DNA of 64,000 bases, from the NCBI GenBank assembly GCA_902779035.1, contig CACZAH010000002.1, forward strand, positions 16,688-80,687, given 5' to 3'. Positions 1 through 8,916 of this stretch are shown here, piece after piece; the first letter of the stretch is position 1, and each line of letters starts with the position of its first letter. The position numbers and the translations under genes were made by a program. This DNA is from an uncultured Erysipelotrichaceae bacterium. Its GTDB lineage: Bacteria > Bacillota_I > Bacilli_A > RF39 > UBA660. The notes under the pieces were generated by a model. The model saw only the letters and a program-made list of their open reading frames with translations. It was not told the origin of the DNA and searched no databases.

Positions 1-66
1 GCAAGTATATTTTCTAACTTTTTTTGTATTTCATTAAAATATATTTTTATACATATTTAATTACAA

Positions 67-2007
67 TTATTCTTTTCTTCTTTTTAATTCATAGAATATT
101 GTAAAAATAACAAGACCAATTATTGCAAATCCAGATATAACAATAAGAATACTTCTTATACTAAATGTATTAGGAACATCAACAATTGTTGAATCGCGCA
201 TTACTACGATGTTATCATCATCACCTTTAACCACTCCATTTTCTATAGTAAAATTAACTTTTTCAGCAATAGTATATCCTTGTGGAGCAGTAAATTCAGT
301 TAATGTATAATCTCCATCGTGTAATCCAATAATTTCTTGAGGCTCTTCAGTTGATGTCCAAGACTTTATTTCGTTACCTTGTGAATCAGTTATAACTAAT
401 TTTGCACCTGGTAATTCTTGTGTTGATGTAATGCTTTGTTTACTCACTTTAATTAAGGAATGAATATTTGTAAGTGTTACAACATTTTTGCTATCATCAG
501 CATCTATAGTAATATCAACAGACCATATTCCATCTGCAAAGCCATCTGGCCTTTTTGTTTCTGAAACTTTATATTTATTTCCAACGGCTAATCCCTCAAT
601 TATTTTTGGTTGACCATCAGTGACAAATTTTTCTATAACACATTCTGACGAATCAGCATTTTCATCATCTAAAGAAAGTATACAATTTAAGTCACTAACT
701 TCGATTTCAGCTCCAATAACAGGGTCATTATTCTCATCTACTTTATTAATAGTTAAAGGCCTCTCATCCTTTTTATTAGTTATAATTATTGTGTTATCAT
801 TTGGATTTTCTCTACTAATTGTTACACATTTCTTTTCTGAATTCAATTTGTATCCAATAGGAGATTTAACCTCTTCTGCACAATATATTCCAGGTTCAGC
901 AACAGATGATTCAAATTTCCCATCAACAAGTTCTATATATCCATCGTTTTCGCTAATTAAATTTACAGGTTGCTCTTGCTCGTTTGCTTGATAAGTTATA
1001 CGAATAGATGCGCCATTTATAAATACGTTTTCATCATCAGCGTCTTTTTTAAACACTTTCAATATTAGATTTCCTACTACTGGAGATTTTGCTTTAACCT
1101 CTTTACATTCATCTTTTAATAAATTTGGTGTTAATGATTGATAAAAGCCACATTCATACTCCTGAGCAATTTTCCAACATCTTTTATTAGTTGCTTCAAA
1201 TTGAATGCTTATCTGTCCATTATTACTATTCTCAATCTTACTAGTAGTTAGTATAACGGTTTTATCATTTTGTTCAGTAGCCTCTACAGTAATTTCAGGT
1301 TGTGTGTTTCCATCAATTTTTACAACAACATTTTTACTAGTTAAATCGCATTCTGTCTTGCTTCCAGCTTTATCTGTACAAGTAACCTTTGCAGTTGCAA
1401 CACCAGTTGCCTCATCGTAATTAGCATTAGTTATATCTATTTTATTTACTCCATAGTTTTCAAACGCATAATTTGCAGCATTTACATATTTTTTAAAATC
1501 AACATTTCCACTAATACTTGATGGGACATCTATTGTATTATATGTAGTTCCATATCCCTTACCAATACCTCCAGATAAAAATCTATTTATAGCCATCTCA
1601 GCATAATAATAATTCTTCCAGTCCATTGAGCCAATTTTTTTATCAACTCTTGCCTCATAAATTATTTGTCCTACTGCAGCAGCTACATTTTTTTCATTAG
1701 CTGCATTTGTACTCCAATTTATAGCTGTACACGTCATACCTGGATAAGGCGCATCTTTATGAAAAGACGTACAAAATGCTTTTCCTGAATTATCACTATC
1801 TATACCTGCATATGCTTTTTTATATATATTCCAACCATAACCTTCATTTCTCCCAAACAAGTTAGAATTATCGCTCGGGTCCAATGTAGGCTTAATTTTA
1901 GTTGGAAAAACATCCACTGCTTTTACAAAATTAACTAAACAAAAAAATGTTCCTGTTATAACTGTTATAATCATAAGCAAAAATTTCTTCATAATATTAC
2001 CTCTCAA
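67..2007 (-). CDS. Secreted/cell-surface adhesin-like protein. Signal peptide; N-terminal Cys-containing domain shared with the 8917-10359 protein; C-terminal SpaA/Cna-B-type (prealbumin-fold) domain; C-terminal sorting-signal-like tail VPNTFS + hydrophobic segment + KRRKE
   Basis: The N-terminus MKKFLLMIITVITGTFFCLV is signal-peptide-like. The motif LPGAKLVITDSQGNEIKSW...YTLTEFTAPQGYTIAEK is typical of SpaA isopeptide/CnaB domains. The C-terminus DVPNTFSIRSILIVISGFAIIGLVIFTIFYELKRRKE has the tripartite cell-wall-sorting architecture but no LPXTG. Confidence 0.6.
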   Translation of the reverse strand: MRGNIMKKFLLMIITVITGTFFCLVNFVKAVDVFPTKIKPTLDPSDNSNLFGRNEGYGWNIYKKAYAGIDSDNSGKAFCTSFHKDAPYPGMTCTAINWSTNAANEKNVAAAVGQIIYEARVDKKIGSMDWKNYYYAEMAINRFLSGGIGKGYGTTYNTIDVPSSISGNVDFKKYVNAANYAFENYGVNKIDITNANYDEATGVATAKVTCTDKAGSKTECDLTSKNVVVKIDGNTQPEITVEATEQNDKTVILTTSKIENSNNGQISIQFEATNKRCWKIAQEYECGFYQSLTPNLLKDECKEVKAKSPVVGNLILKVFKKDADDENVFINGASIRITYQANEQEQPVNLISENDGYIELVDGKFESSVAEPGIYCAEEVKSPIGYKLNSEKKCVTISRENPNDNTIIITNKKDERPLTINKVDENNDPVIGAEIEVSDLNCILSLDDENADSSECVIEKFVTDGQPKIIEGLAVGNKYKVSETKRPDGFADGIWSVDITIDADDSKNVVTLTNIHSLIKVSKQSITSTQELPGAKLVITDSQGNEIKSWTSTEEPQEIIGLHDGDYTLTEFTAPQGYTIAEKVNFTIENGVVKGDDDNIVVMRDSTIVDVPNTFSIRSILIVISGFAIIGLVIFTIFYELKRRKE

Positions 2008-2035
2008 TCTTTATCTAGATTATAACATACTTAAA

Positions 2036-2065
2036 AAAAGTTAGCAAGTGTATTTTCTAACTTTT
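2036..2065 (-). terminator. Rho-independent terminator hairpin (AAAAGTTAG-loop-CTAACTTTT followed by a T-run on the minus strand) overlapping the stop of the 2057-3298 gene. A near-identical half copy lies at 1-23
   Basis: A perfect 9-bp inverted repeat with a 12-nt loop is visible in the sequence. The minus strand continues TTTTTTTAAG. Confidence 0.5.
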
Positions 2066-3298
2066 TAAAATATTATTTATTGCTTTAATAAGTGCAATCT
2101 TTCCATATTGATATGTGAGACCTCCTTGTTGATAAGCAATATAAGGTTCTTTAACCGGTCCATCACAAGATATTTCTATTGAACTTCCTTGAATAAACGA
2201 GCCTGATGCCATAATAATTGCATCGCTGTACCCGGGCATTTCATATGGAACTGGCGCAACATGCGAATCAATTGCTGACGCACTTTGAATACCTTGACAG
2301 TATTTAATCAATTTTTCTTTATTATTAAATATTATACTTTCTACAATATCGACTCTAGTATCATTATATTTAGGTGATACTTCAAACCCAAGTTCTTCCA
2401 TCACTTTACTAGTTAAAATAGCTGTTTTTACTGCAGATGAAACTACACTTGGTGCCATATATAAACCTTGTAAAAATAGTTTATTCATATTTAATGAAGG
2501 ACCTACTAGCTTTGCTTCTCCCGCTACATTTAATCTTTCACTACAAAGATGAATTAGTTTTTTCTTACCACAGATATATCCACCATTAGGCGCGATACCT
2601 CCACCTAAGTTTTTAATGAGTGAACCTATTATTATATCTGCACCTACTTCAAGTGGTGTAATCTTCTCTACAAATTCACAGTAACAATTATCAACCATTA
2701 TAATTATATCTTTATTAATACTTTTTACTAACTTAACTATCTTTTCTATTTTTTTAATATCAACACTTTTTCTTAAACTATATCCACGCGATCTTTGAAT
2801 ATATACTACTTTTACTTTATTCTTATTTAAAAACTTTTCAATCTTATCGTAAGCAAAATCACTATCTACTAAATCTATTTGTTTATAATTTATACCAAAT
2901 GATTTTAAGGAACTAGAATTATCTTTAATACCTATTACTTCTTCTAAAGTATCATAAGGTTTACCACTTATAGATAAAATAGTATCGTCTGGCCTTAGTA
3001 TTCCAAATAAAGCAGTAGATATTGCATGAGTTCCTGATATAATTTGCGACCTAACTAGACTATCTTCTCCACCTAATACGTAACTAAAAATACTTTCTAT
3101 TTTATCTCTACCAGCATCATCATAACCATATCCAGTAGTACCATTTAAATCAGATTCTGAAACCTTATATTTATTAAAAGCATTAAGTACCTTTAAGCTA
3201 TTATATTCACATAGTCTATCTACTTTATCAAATTCACCTTTTAATTCTAACTCATACTTTGTTACTAAATCAAATGCTTCCATTAGTGCCTCCATCAA
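2057..3298 (-). CDS. PLP-dependent Cys/Met-metabolism enzyme of the methionine gamma-lyase-like (YnbB / 'aluminium resistance') family
   Basis: 413 aa. Global resemblance to the YnbB-type gamma-lyase family (N-terminal EALxxAxxxV..., a GGxxPNGGY region); no exact motif was checked. Confidence 0.5.
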   Translation of the reverse strand: MMEALMEAFDLVTKYELELKGEFDKVDRLCEYNSLKVLNAFNKYKVSESDLNGTTGYGYDDAGRDKIESIFSYVLGGEDSLVRSQIISGTHAISTALFGILRPDDTILSISGKPYDTLEEVIGIKDNSSSLKSFGINYKQIDLVDSDFAYDKIEKFLNKNKVKVVYIQRSRGYSLRKSVDIKKIEKIVKLVKSINKDIIIMVDNCYCEFVEKITPLEVGADIIIGSLIKNLGGGIAPNGGYICGKKKLIHLCSERLNVAGEAKLVGPSLNMNKLFLQGLYMAPSVVSSAVKTAILTSKVMEELGFEVSPKYNDTRVDIVESIIFNNKEKLIKYCQGIQSASAIDSHVAPVPYEMPGYSDAIIMASGSFIQGSSIEISCDGPVKEPYIAYQQGGLTYQYGKIALIKAINNILKS

Positions 3299-4016
3299 CT
3301 CGAATAATACTATTATTTATATAACTTGCATCATCACTAGATAAAAAATATATTACATTTGCAACCTCGCGTACACTTGCAAATCTACCTAACATAATAT
3401 TTTTACACTCTTCTTTTATGTAATCATCATCTAACTCTTTATTCATATCTGTATTAACCCAACCAGGACATACTGCATTAACACGAATATTAGGGCTTAG
3501 GGTAGTTGCAAGATTATGCGTTAAAGATATAACACCTGCTTTAGATGCATCATAATCTAGACTGTATGGATAATAGCAATTTAAGGCAGTATTAGATGCA
3601 ACATTAATAATACTACCTTTTTTCATATATTTAGCAACATACTTTGTTACTAAATAAGTACCTATTAAATTAACATCTAATACTCTCTTAAAATCATCAA
3701 TATTTTTCTCAAAAGGAAGAGTATCAATAGCAATTCCAGCATTATTAACAAGTACATCAATACTACCAAATTTATTAATAATATCACTAACCATATTCTT
3801 TACTTCTTCTTCTTTTGATACATCACATTTCTCAAGTAAGCATCTTTGTCCTAAATCTTCTACTTTCTTCTTAACATTATCCGCACTATCGTCATCACTA
3901 TAATAATTAATAACTACATCATATTTATTTTCTGCATATTTTATTGCAGTTTCCGCACCTATTCCTTTAGATGCACCCGTAATTAATACAACCATAATAT
4001 CACCAACCACATCCAT
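3270..4016 (-). CDS. Short-chain dehydrogenase/reductase (SDR) family oxidoreductase
   Basis: TGASKGIGAETA Rossmann motif, NNAG, and an S...YDASKAG (YxxxK) catalytic motif. The start is uncertain (ATG at 4016 or 3995); the ORF overlaps the upstream gene by ~29 nt. Confidence 0.8.
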   Translation of the reverse strand: MDVVGDIMVVLITGASKGIGAETAIKYAENKYDVVINYYSDDDSADNVKKKVEDLGQRCLLEKCDVSKEEEVKNMVSDIINKFGSIDVLVNNAGIAIDTLPFEKNIDDFKRVLDVNLIGTYLVTKYVAKYMKKGSIINVASNTALNCYYPYSLDYDASKAGVISLTHNLATTLSPNIRVNAVCPGWVNTDMNKELDDDYIKEECKNIMLGRFASVREVANVIYFLSSDDASYINNSIIRVDGGTNGSI

Positions 4017-4064
4017 TTTATACCAAATACTATTTTTTATCAACAACCATCCTTTTTACTTTTT

Positions 4065-4091
4065 TTAGCACTCTCTCTTGACAAGTGCTAA
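4065..4091 (+). promoter_or_regulatory. CIRCE-like inverted repeat (HrcA operator): TTAGCACTC-N9-AAGTGCTAA, overlapping the clpB promoter
   Basis: The sequence matches the CIRCE consensus TTAGCACTC-N9-GAGTGCTAA with one mismatch. It lies 37 nt upstream of the clpB start. Confidence 0.75.
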
Positions 4092-4105
4092 AAAAAGAGT
4101 ATAAT
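4078..4105 (+). promoter_or_regulatory. Sigma-A-type promoter for clpB: TTGACA-N16-TATAAT
   Basis: TTGACA at 4078-4083 and TATAAT at 4100-4105 are separated by 16 nt. An AAGGAGGGG RBS follows at 4113-4121. Confidence 0.65.
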
Positions 4106-4127
4106 GTTATATAAGGAGGGGATAATT

Positions 4128-6242
4128 ATGAATATGAATAATCCTTATCAAGAAAATCTTGAAAATGCTTTAGAGAAATATGGTAGAGATATAGTTAAGG
4201 CAGTTAAGGATAATAAGACTGATCCTGTAATAGGCAGGGACGAAGAAATACGTAATGTTACTCGAATACTATCGCGTAAGACTAAGAATAATCCTGTATT
4301 AATTGGTGAACCCGGTGTAGGTAAGACTGCAATTATAGAAGGACTTGCGCAAAGAATAGTTAAGGGAGATGTACCAAATAGTTTAAAGAATAAAACAGTT
4401 TGGGAATTAGATTTAGGTGCATTAATTGCTGGGGCGAAGTTTCGTGGTGAATTTGAGGAAAGACTAAAAGCCGTTTTAAAAGAAATCAAAGAATCTAATG
4501 GCGATATCATTCTTTTTATCGATGAGATACATATGATAGTTGGAGCAGGAGCAGAAGGTGCAATGGATGCAGGTAATCTTTTAAAACCAATGCTTGCTCG
4601 AGGCGAGATATTATGTATTGGTGCGACTACTTTAAATGAATACCGTAAGTATATTGAAAAAGATGGAGCACTAGAGAGAAGATTTCAAAAAGTAATGGTT
4701 AAAGAACCAACAGTAATGGATACTATTACAATACTTAGAGGTTTAAAATCAAGATTTGAAGTATATCATAAAGTAACTATTAAGGATAAAGCATTAGTTG
4801 CTGCTGCTACACTATCTAATAGATATATAACAGATAGATTCTTACCTGATAAGGCTATAGACTTAGTAGATGAGGCATGTGCAACTATTAAAGTACAAAT
4901 GGAGTCAGTTCCTACTGAGATTGATACTTTAACAAGACAAATTATGCAACTTGAAATTGAAAAGGAAGCCTTAAAGAAAGAAAAAGATGATATATCTAAA
5001 TCAAGAATTACTGATATAAATACTAAGCTGGAGGAACTTAAAGAAAAAGAGACTAAGTTAAAAAATGACTGGCAAGAAGAAAAGAATATTAATACATTAA
5101 TTAATAAAAAGAAAGAAGAAATAGAAAAAGCTACTTTAGATTTAGAGCGTGCAGAAGATGAGTACGAGCTTGAAAAAGCTGCAATACTTCGTCACGGTAC
5201 TTTACCTAAGTTAAATAAAGAATTAGAAGAATTGAGAGAAAAGAGCAAAAATACAATTCTTAGTGATGTTGTTGATGATGAAGATATTGCTAAAATAATA
5301 TCTAAATGGACTTCTATTCCTATTAGTAAACTTGTTGGTGGCGAAAGAGAAAAACTAATTAATCTAGAAAAGAATTTAGAGAGAAGAGTTAAAGGACAAA
5401 GTGATGCATTACATACTGTAAGTGAAGCTATAATTAGATCACGAGCAGGCATTAAAGATCCAAATAGACCAATTGGTTCATTTATCTTCTTAGGTCCTAC
5501 TGGTGTAGGTAAAACTGAAGTTGCTAAAAGTTTAGCAGAAGAGTTATTTGATGATGAAAGACACATGGTTAGAATTGATATGAGTGAGTATATGGAATCT
5601 CATTCGGTTGCTAGATTAATTGGTGCCCCTCCAGGATATGTTGGATATGATGAAGGTGGACAATTAACTGAAGCAGTTAGAAGAAATCCTTATAGTATTA
5701 TTCTATTTGATGAAATAGAAAAAGCACATAAAGACATATTTAATGTTTTACTTCAAATACTTGATGATGGTCGTATCACTGATTCACAGGGTAGAACAGT
5801 TGATTTTAAAAACACAATAATAATTATGACATCTAATATTGGTAGTGAGTATATTCTTGATAACAACGAAAATTCTAAAAAGCTTATTGAGACTGAATTA
5901 CACAGTACATTTAAACCAGAATTCTTAAATAGAATAGATGAGATTATTACATTTAATCCTCTTAATAAAGATATTCTATATGAGATTCTTGATAATCAAA
6001 TATTAGATATTAATAAAAGACTTATTAATAAACATATCATTATTGAACTTACTGATAATTGCAAAAATGCAATTATAGATAATGCCTATAATCCTATATA
6101 TGGAGCACGACCTTTAAAAAGATATTTAAGCAAAAACATTGAATCATTAATTGCAAACTCTATTATTAAAGATGAAATAAAACCAAATTCTAAAGTATTA
6201 ATAGATTATATAGATAATAACTATATTATTGCAAACAAATAA
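4128..6242 (+). CDS. clpB: ClpB-type AAA+ disaggregase lacking the N-terminal domain (two NBDs plus a coiled-coil middle domain)
   Basis: [10 protein letters not shown] (NBD1 Walker A), a coiled-coil M-domain, GPTGVGKTE (NBD2 Walker A), and a conserved ClpB C-terminus. The start at 4128 has a strong RBS; the 4104 ATG has none. Confidence 0.9.
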   Translation: MNMNNPYQENLENALEKYGRDIVKAVKDNKTDPVIGRDEEIRNVTRILSRKTKNNPVLIGEPGVGKTAIIEGLAQRIVKGDVPNSLKNKTVWELDLGALIAGAKFRGEFEERLKAVLKEIKESNGDIILFIDEIHMIVGAGAEGAMDAGNLLKPMLARGEILCIGATTLNEYRKYIEKDGALERRFQKVMVKEPTVMDTITILRGLKSRFEVYHKVTIKDKALVAAATLSNRYITDRFLPDKAIDLVDEACATIKVQMESVPTEIDTLTRQIMQLEIEKEALKKEKDDISKSRITDINTKLEELKEKETKLKNDWQEEKNINTLINKKKEEIEKATLDLERAEDEYELEKAAILRHGTLPKLNKELEELREKSKNTILSDVVDDEDIAKIISKWTSIPISKLVGGEREKLINLEKNLERRVKGQSDALHTVSEAIIRSRAGIKDPNRPIGSFIFLGPTGVGKTEVAKSLAEELFDDERHMVRIDMSEYMESHSVARLIGAPPGYVGYDEGGQLTEAVRRNPYSIILFDEIEKAHKDIFNVLLQILDDGRITDSQGRTVDFKNTIIIMTSNIGSEYILDNNENSKKLIETELHSTFKPEFLNRIDEIITFNPLNKDILYEILDNQILDINKRLINKHIIIELTDNCKNAIIDNAYNPIYGARPLKRYLSKNIESLIANSIIKDEIKPNSKVLIDYIDNNYIIANK

Positions 6243-6270
6243 GAAGGCTATATTAGTCTTCTTTTATTAT
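6242..6270 (+). terminator. clpB intrinsic terminator (AGAAG-N11-CTTCT + TTTTATTATT)
   Basis: A hairpin followed by a T-rich run sits immediately after the TAA stop. Confidence 0.5.
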
Positions 6271-6321
6271 TAATCAATAAAAATCTTGGCTAGTCCGGAG
6301 TCAATTCCATTTTAGCCATAA

Positions 6322-7647
6322 TCATCTAACTACTATTGCCATCGAACCAACTGATGAATACAAATTACTAACCTTACTTTTAGATAGAGTAAATTCATAT
6401 TGTCCCGAAGTTCTCGTCCATGGATCATATATAATAAAATCTCCTGTAATCTTATTATAACCTACAATTAATTGAACGTGTAAATTTCTTGGAACACCAT
6501 TAGACCAATTAACTGGACTGTTATAGGCATATGTTAAATATATAATTACTGGATTACCATTAACAATCTCACTTGCAATATCATCTATACTTGCACCACT
6601 TATATTAGAAATATTTCCATTACCAGATGATGATATTCCATATTCAACTAGTGGATTAGGAGCAATCCAATGAGCAACATCTCTTGGCTCCTTACCAAAT
6701 ATATCTAAGTAAAAACATGTATTAGGATTATCACTTTTTGGCATATTAGAAGCATACGTATATAAATCCATACCACTTAAATATCCCTTGTATTGTAACG
6801 CCATAAGCATTGATGTAGCTTCACATCCATTTAATACACCGTTTCTATTTTGACTTATGTAGGGAACATTCAATTTAACCCAAGCCTCGTTTATCTGTCT
6901 CTGTCTTTCTGCTTCTTCTTGAGCCCTTCTTTCTCTTTCAAGCCTTAACTGTTCTAGTCTTATTCTTTCCTTTTCTCTTGCAATTGCTTCTTTTTCTTCA
7001 ACTATAGTTAAAACAATACTAAGCTTTTCATTTAATTTGCTCTTAATATCTTCTTGTTTTAATGAATCAACTAGTGCTTTTACTTCATTATAAATATTCC
7101 TATTCACACTATCAATCACTACGTTATTATCATAATCACTAAATAAGTTATGAACACTATTATGTGCATTATTAATGTTATCATACTCACTTTTTAATTC
7201 ATTAATTCTATTTTGAATTATTTCTTTATACTTCTTATCTAATTTATTACTTTCTTCATTAAGTTTATTAATATCATCTTCTTTAATTGATGATATAACT
7301 ATATTATCTTTATAATAAATATTAATTTTATTATTTAAATTGATATATTCTTTTGCCCTATATAAATTATTTTTTATATCTAGTACACTATCCTTATTAT
7401 ATACTAATTTTATTTTATCTAAACAAGCATCTAACTCTTTTATAGTTACATTATCTTTTATTAAATCATCATTATACAAAGAGTTACAATAACTAACTGC
7501 ATTTTCATATATTTCTTTTCTTTTTTCAGCTAATTTAATTTTATCAGACTTTATTTTGTTATATAAAAGTATAACTAACAATATAGTAATCAATACAAAC
7601 AATAGTATAGAAATTATAATAATTAATTTTTTGTTACTTCTTATCAT
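6322..7647 (-). CDS. Membrane-anchored protein with a coiled-coil region and a C-terminal C39-like (papain-fold, Peptidase_C39_2/YvpB-like) cysteine-peptidase domain
   Basis: An N-terminal TM segment (LIIIISILLFVLITILLVILLY) and a long K/E-rich coiled coil. The C-terminal domain carries candidate Cys (NGCEATSMLMA) and His (HVQLIVGYN) residues. Confidence 0.45.
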   Translation of the reverse strand: MIRSNKKLIIIISILLFVLITILLVILLYNKIKSDKIKLAEKRKEIYENAVSYCNSLYNDDLIKDNVTIKELDACLDKIKLVYNKDSVLDIKNNLYRAKEYINLNNKINIYYKDNIVISSIKEDDINKLNEESNKLDKKYKEIIQNRINELKSEYDNINNAHNSVHNLFSDYDNNVVIDSVNRNIYNEVKALVDSLKQEDIKSKLNEKLSIVLTIVEEKEAIAREKERIRLEQLRLERERRAQEEAERQRQINEAWVKLNVPYISQNRNGVLNGCEATSMLMALQYKGYLSGMDLYTYASNMPKSDNPNTCFYLDIFGKEPRDVAHWIAPNPLVEYGISSSGNGNISNISGASIDDIASEIVNGNPVIIYLTYAYNSPVNWSNGVPRNLHVQLIVGYNKITGDFIIYDPWTRTSGQYEFTLSKSKVSNLYSSVGSMAIVVR

Positions 7648-7695
7648 ACACTTCTCCTACTTTTTAAGTATACTATAAACATAGAAAAAAAGGAA

Positions 7696-8844
7696 CTATC
7701 TATTTTGTTCCTTTATTAATTTTGCTTGAATAACTATTCTATTACCATTAAAATCTAGACAAGTAGAAAGTGTAAGTAATCTATCTTTTGTAGCAACATT
7801 TATTCCAAAGTCATATATACTACGTGATAGCATGGTATCAATAAATTTCTGATAAGATTCATCATTTTCAAAAGTATGAGTAAGATAATATGACTCTGAT
7901 GGAATTGTATAAATAGATACTATTTGCCACAATGTATTTTTCTCCGGTGTTGATAACTTAATAATCTGATTTTCTTTATTTGTATACCAAGATTCATCTA
8001 ATACCCTCTCTAAGCTACCAAACATAACTTGATCAACACGTCCATGCCCATATATAACAGTATTTTTTAAGAAATTATCAAAATTAGATTTATAGTCAGC
8101 AAATAACCAGCCGGCTACATTATATGATTTATCATAAGAGTGATTTAAATAAAACTCATTATCCCCACCTTGTACAAATGGATAATTAACATTAGTATTA
8201 TTTACATAAATCCATCCCTTAGTATCAGGATTAATATTTTTTAATTCATCAAAATTAACACTAATCATAGTTGTTTTCATATAATTCCAATAATCTTCAC
8301 CATATTTATGATTTTCTGCAGCTTCACCTGTTACTTCTGGAATTTCAGTAGCGCTAAAAGCAATATTTTCTTCTATTTTTGTATTCTTAAGTACATTATT
8401 CATTAGATGATGAACATCTTCACCTTCACTATACCAATTAAACAATGTAACTCCTCCAAAAATAAGAGCAGATAACGATATAAATAACAATATAAAGTAT
8501 TTATTAAAAATCTTAATCTTTTTCTTAGTCTTTTTCTTGCTATAAATAAAACTATCAACAAGATTCTTTATTTCTTTATCATTTTTTAAATTTTTTTCAT
8601 TTAAAGAATCAATGAAACTATCTATTTTAGATTTTCCTTCATCATTAAATTCAAATACCTTAAGCCATCTATCATATGGAGTATAAATATCTTTATCATT
8701 AACTATATCATGTTTAAAGTAAAAATATTTATTATTCTCTTTACAGATAATGAAATCAATATCATTATATTTAAAACTATATATTTTATTATATACTTTA
8801 CCATTATATAAACATAAAGAATTCATACTCATCCCCCTCTTCAA
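7696..8844 (-). CDS. Sortase (class B-like transpeptidase) with an unusually long N-terminal cytoplasmic domain and a TM anchor
   Basis: The C-terminal domain has the sortase catalytic signature: His (VIYGHGRV), TLSTC, and a downstream Arg (NGNRIVIQA). A TM helix (FILLFISLSALIFGGVTLF) follows ~110 aa of N-terminal sequence with no recognisable motif. Confidence 0.75.
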   Translation of the reverse strand: MKRGMSMNSLCLYNGKVYNKIYSFKYNDIDFIICKENNKYFYFKHDIVNDKDIYTPYDRWLKVFEFNDEGKSKIDSFIDSLNEKNLKNDKEIKNLVDSFIYSKKKTKKKIKIFNKYFILLFISLSALIFGGVTLFNWYSEGEDVHHLMNNVLKNTKIEENIAFSATEIPEVTGEAAENHKYGEDYWNYMKTTMISVNFDELKNINPDTKGWIYVNNTNVNYPFVQGGDNEFYLNHSYDKSYNVAGWLFADYKSNFDNFLKNTVIYGHGRVDQVMFGSLERVLDESWYTNKENQIIKLSTPEKNTLWQIVSIYTIPSESYYLTHTFENDESYQKFIDTMLSRSIYDFGINVATKDRLLTLSTCLDFNGNRIVIQAKLIKEQNR

Positions 8845-8916
8845 TTGGTGTTTATACTACCACAAATATAGAAAAAAAGCAAATTAATAAAAAGCAGATC
8901 ACAAGGATCTACTTAA

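Noticed and set aside
620-1420. Plus-strand ORFs 620-991 and 1205-1420, lying inside the minus-strand adhesin gene
   Set aside because: They are antisense to a well-supported 646-aa CDS, low-complexity Ser/Leu/Phe-rich, and have no RBS or motif. They are the usual shadow ORFs of AT-rich DNA.
1400-1900. Thioester (TQXA/TED) domain in the N-termini of the two adhesins
   Set aside because: A conserved Cys is present (FCT[ST]F), but the Gln-containing TQxA(I/V)W motif is absent from both proteins. The assignment is not supportable from sequence alone.
4148-5566. Minus-strand ORFs 4148-4510 and 5192-5566, antisense within clpB
   Set aside because: They overlap a highly conserved clpB reading frame. 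No independent evidence.
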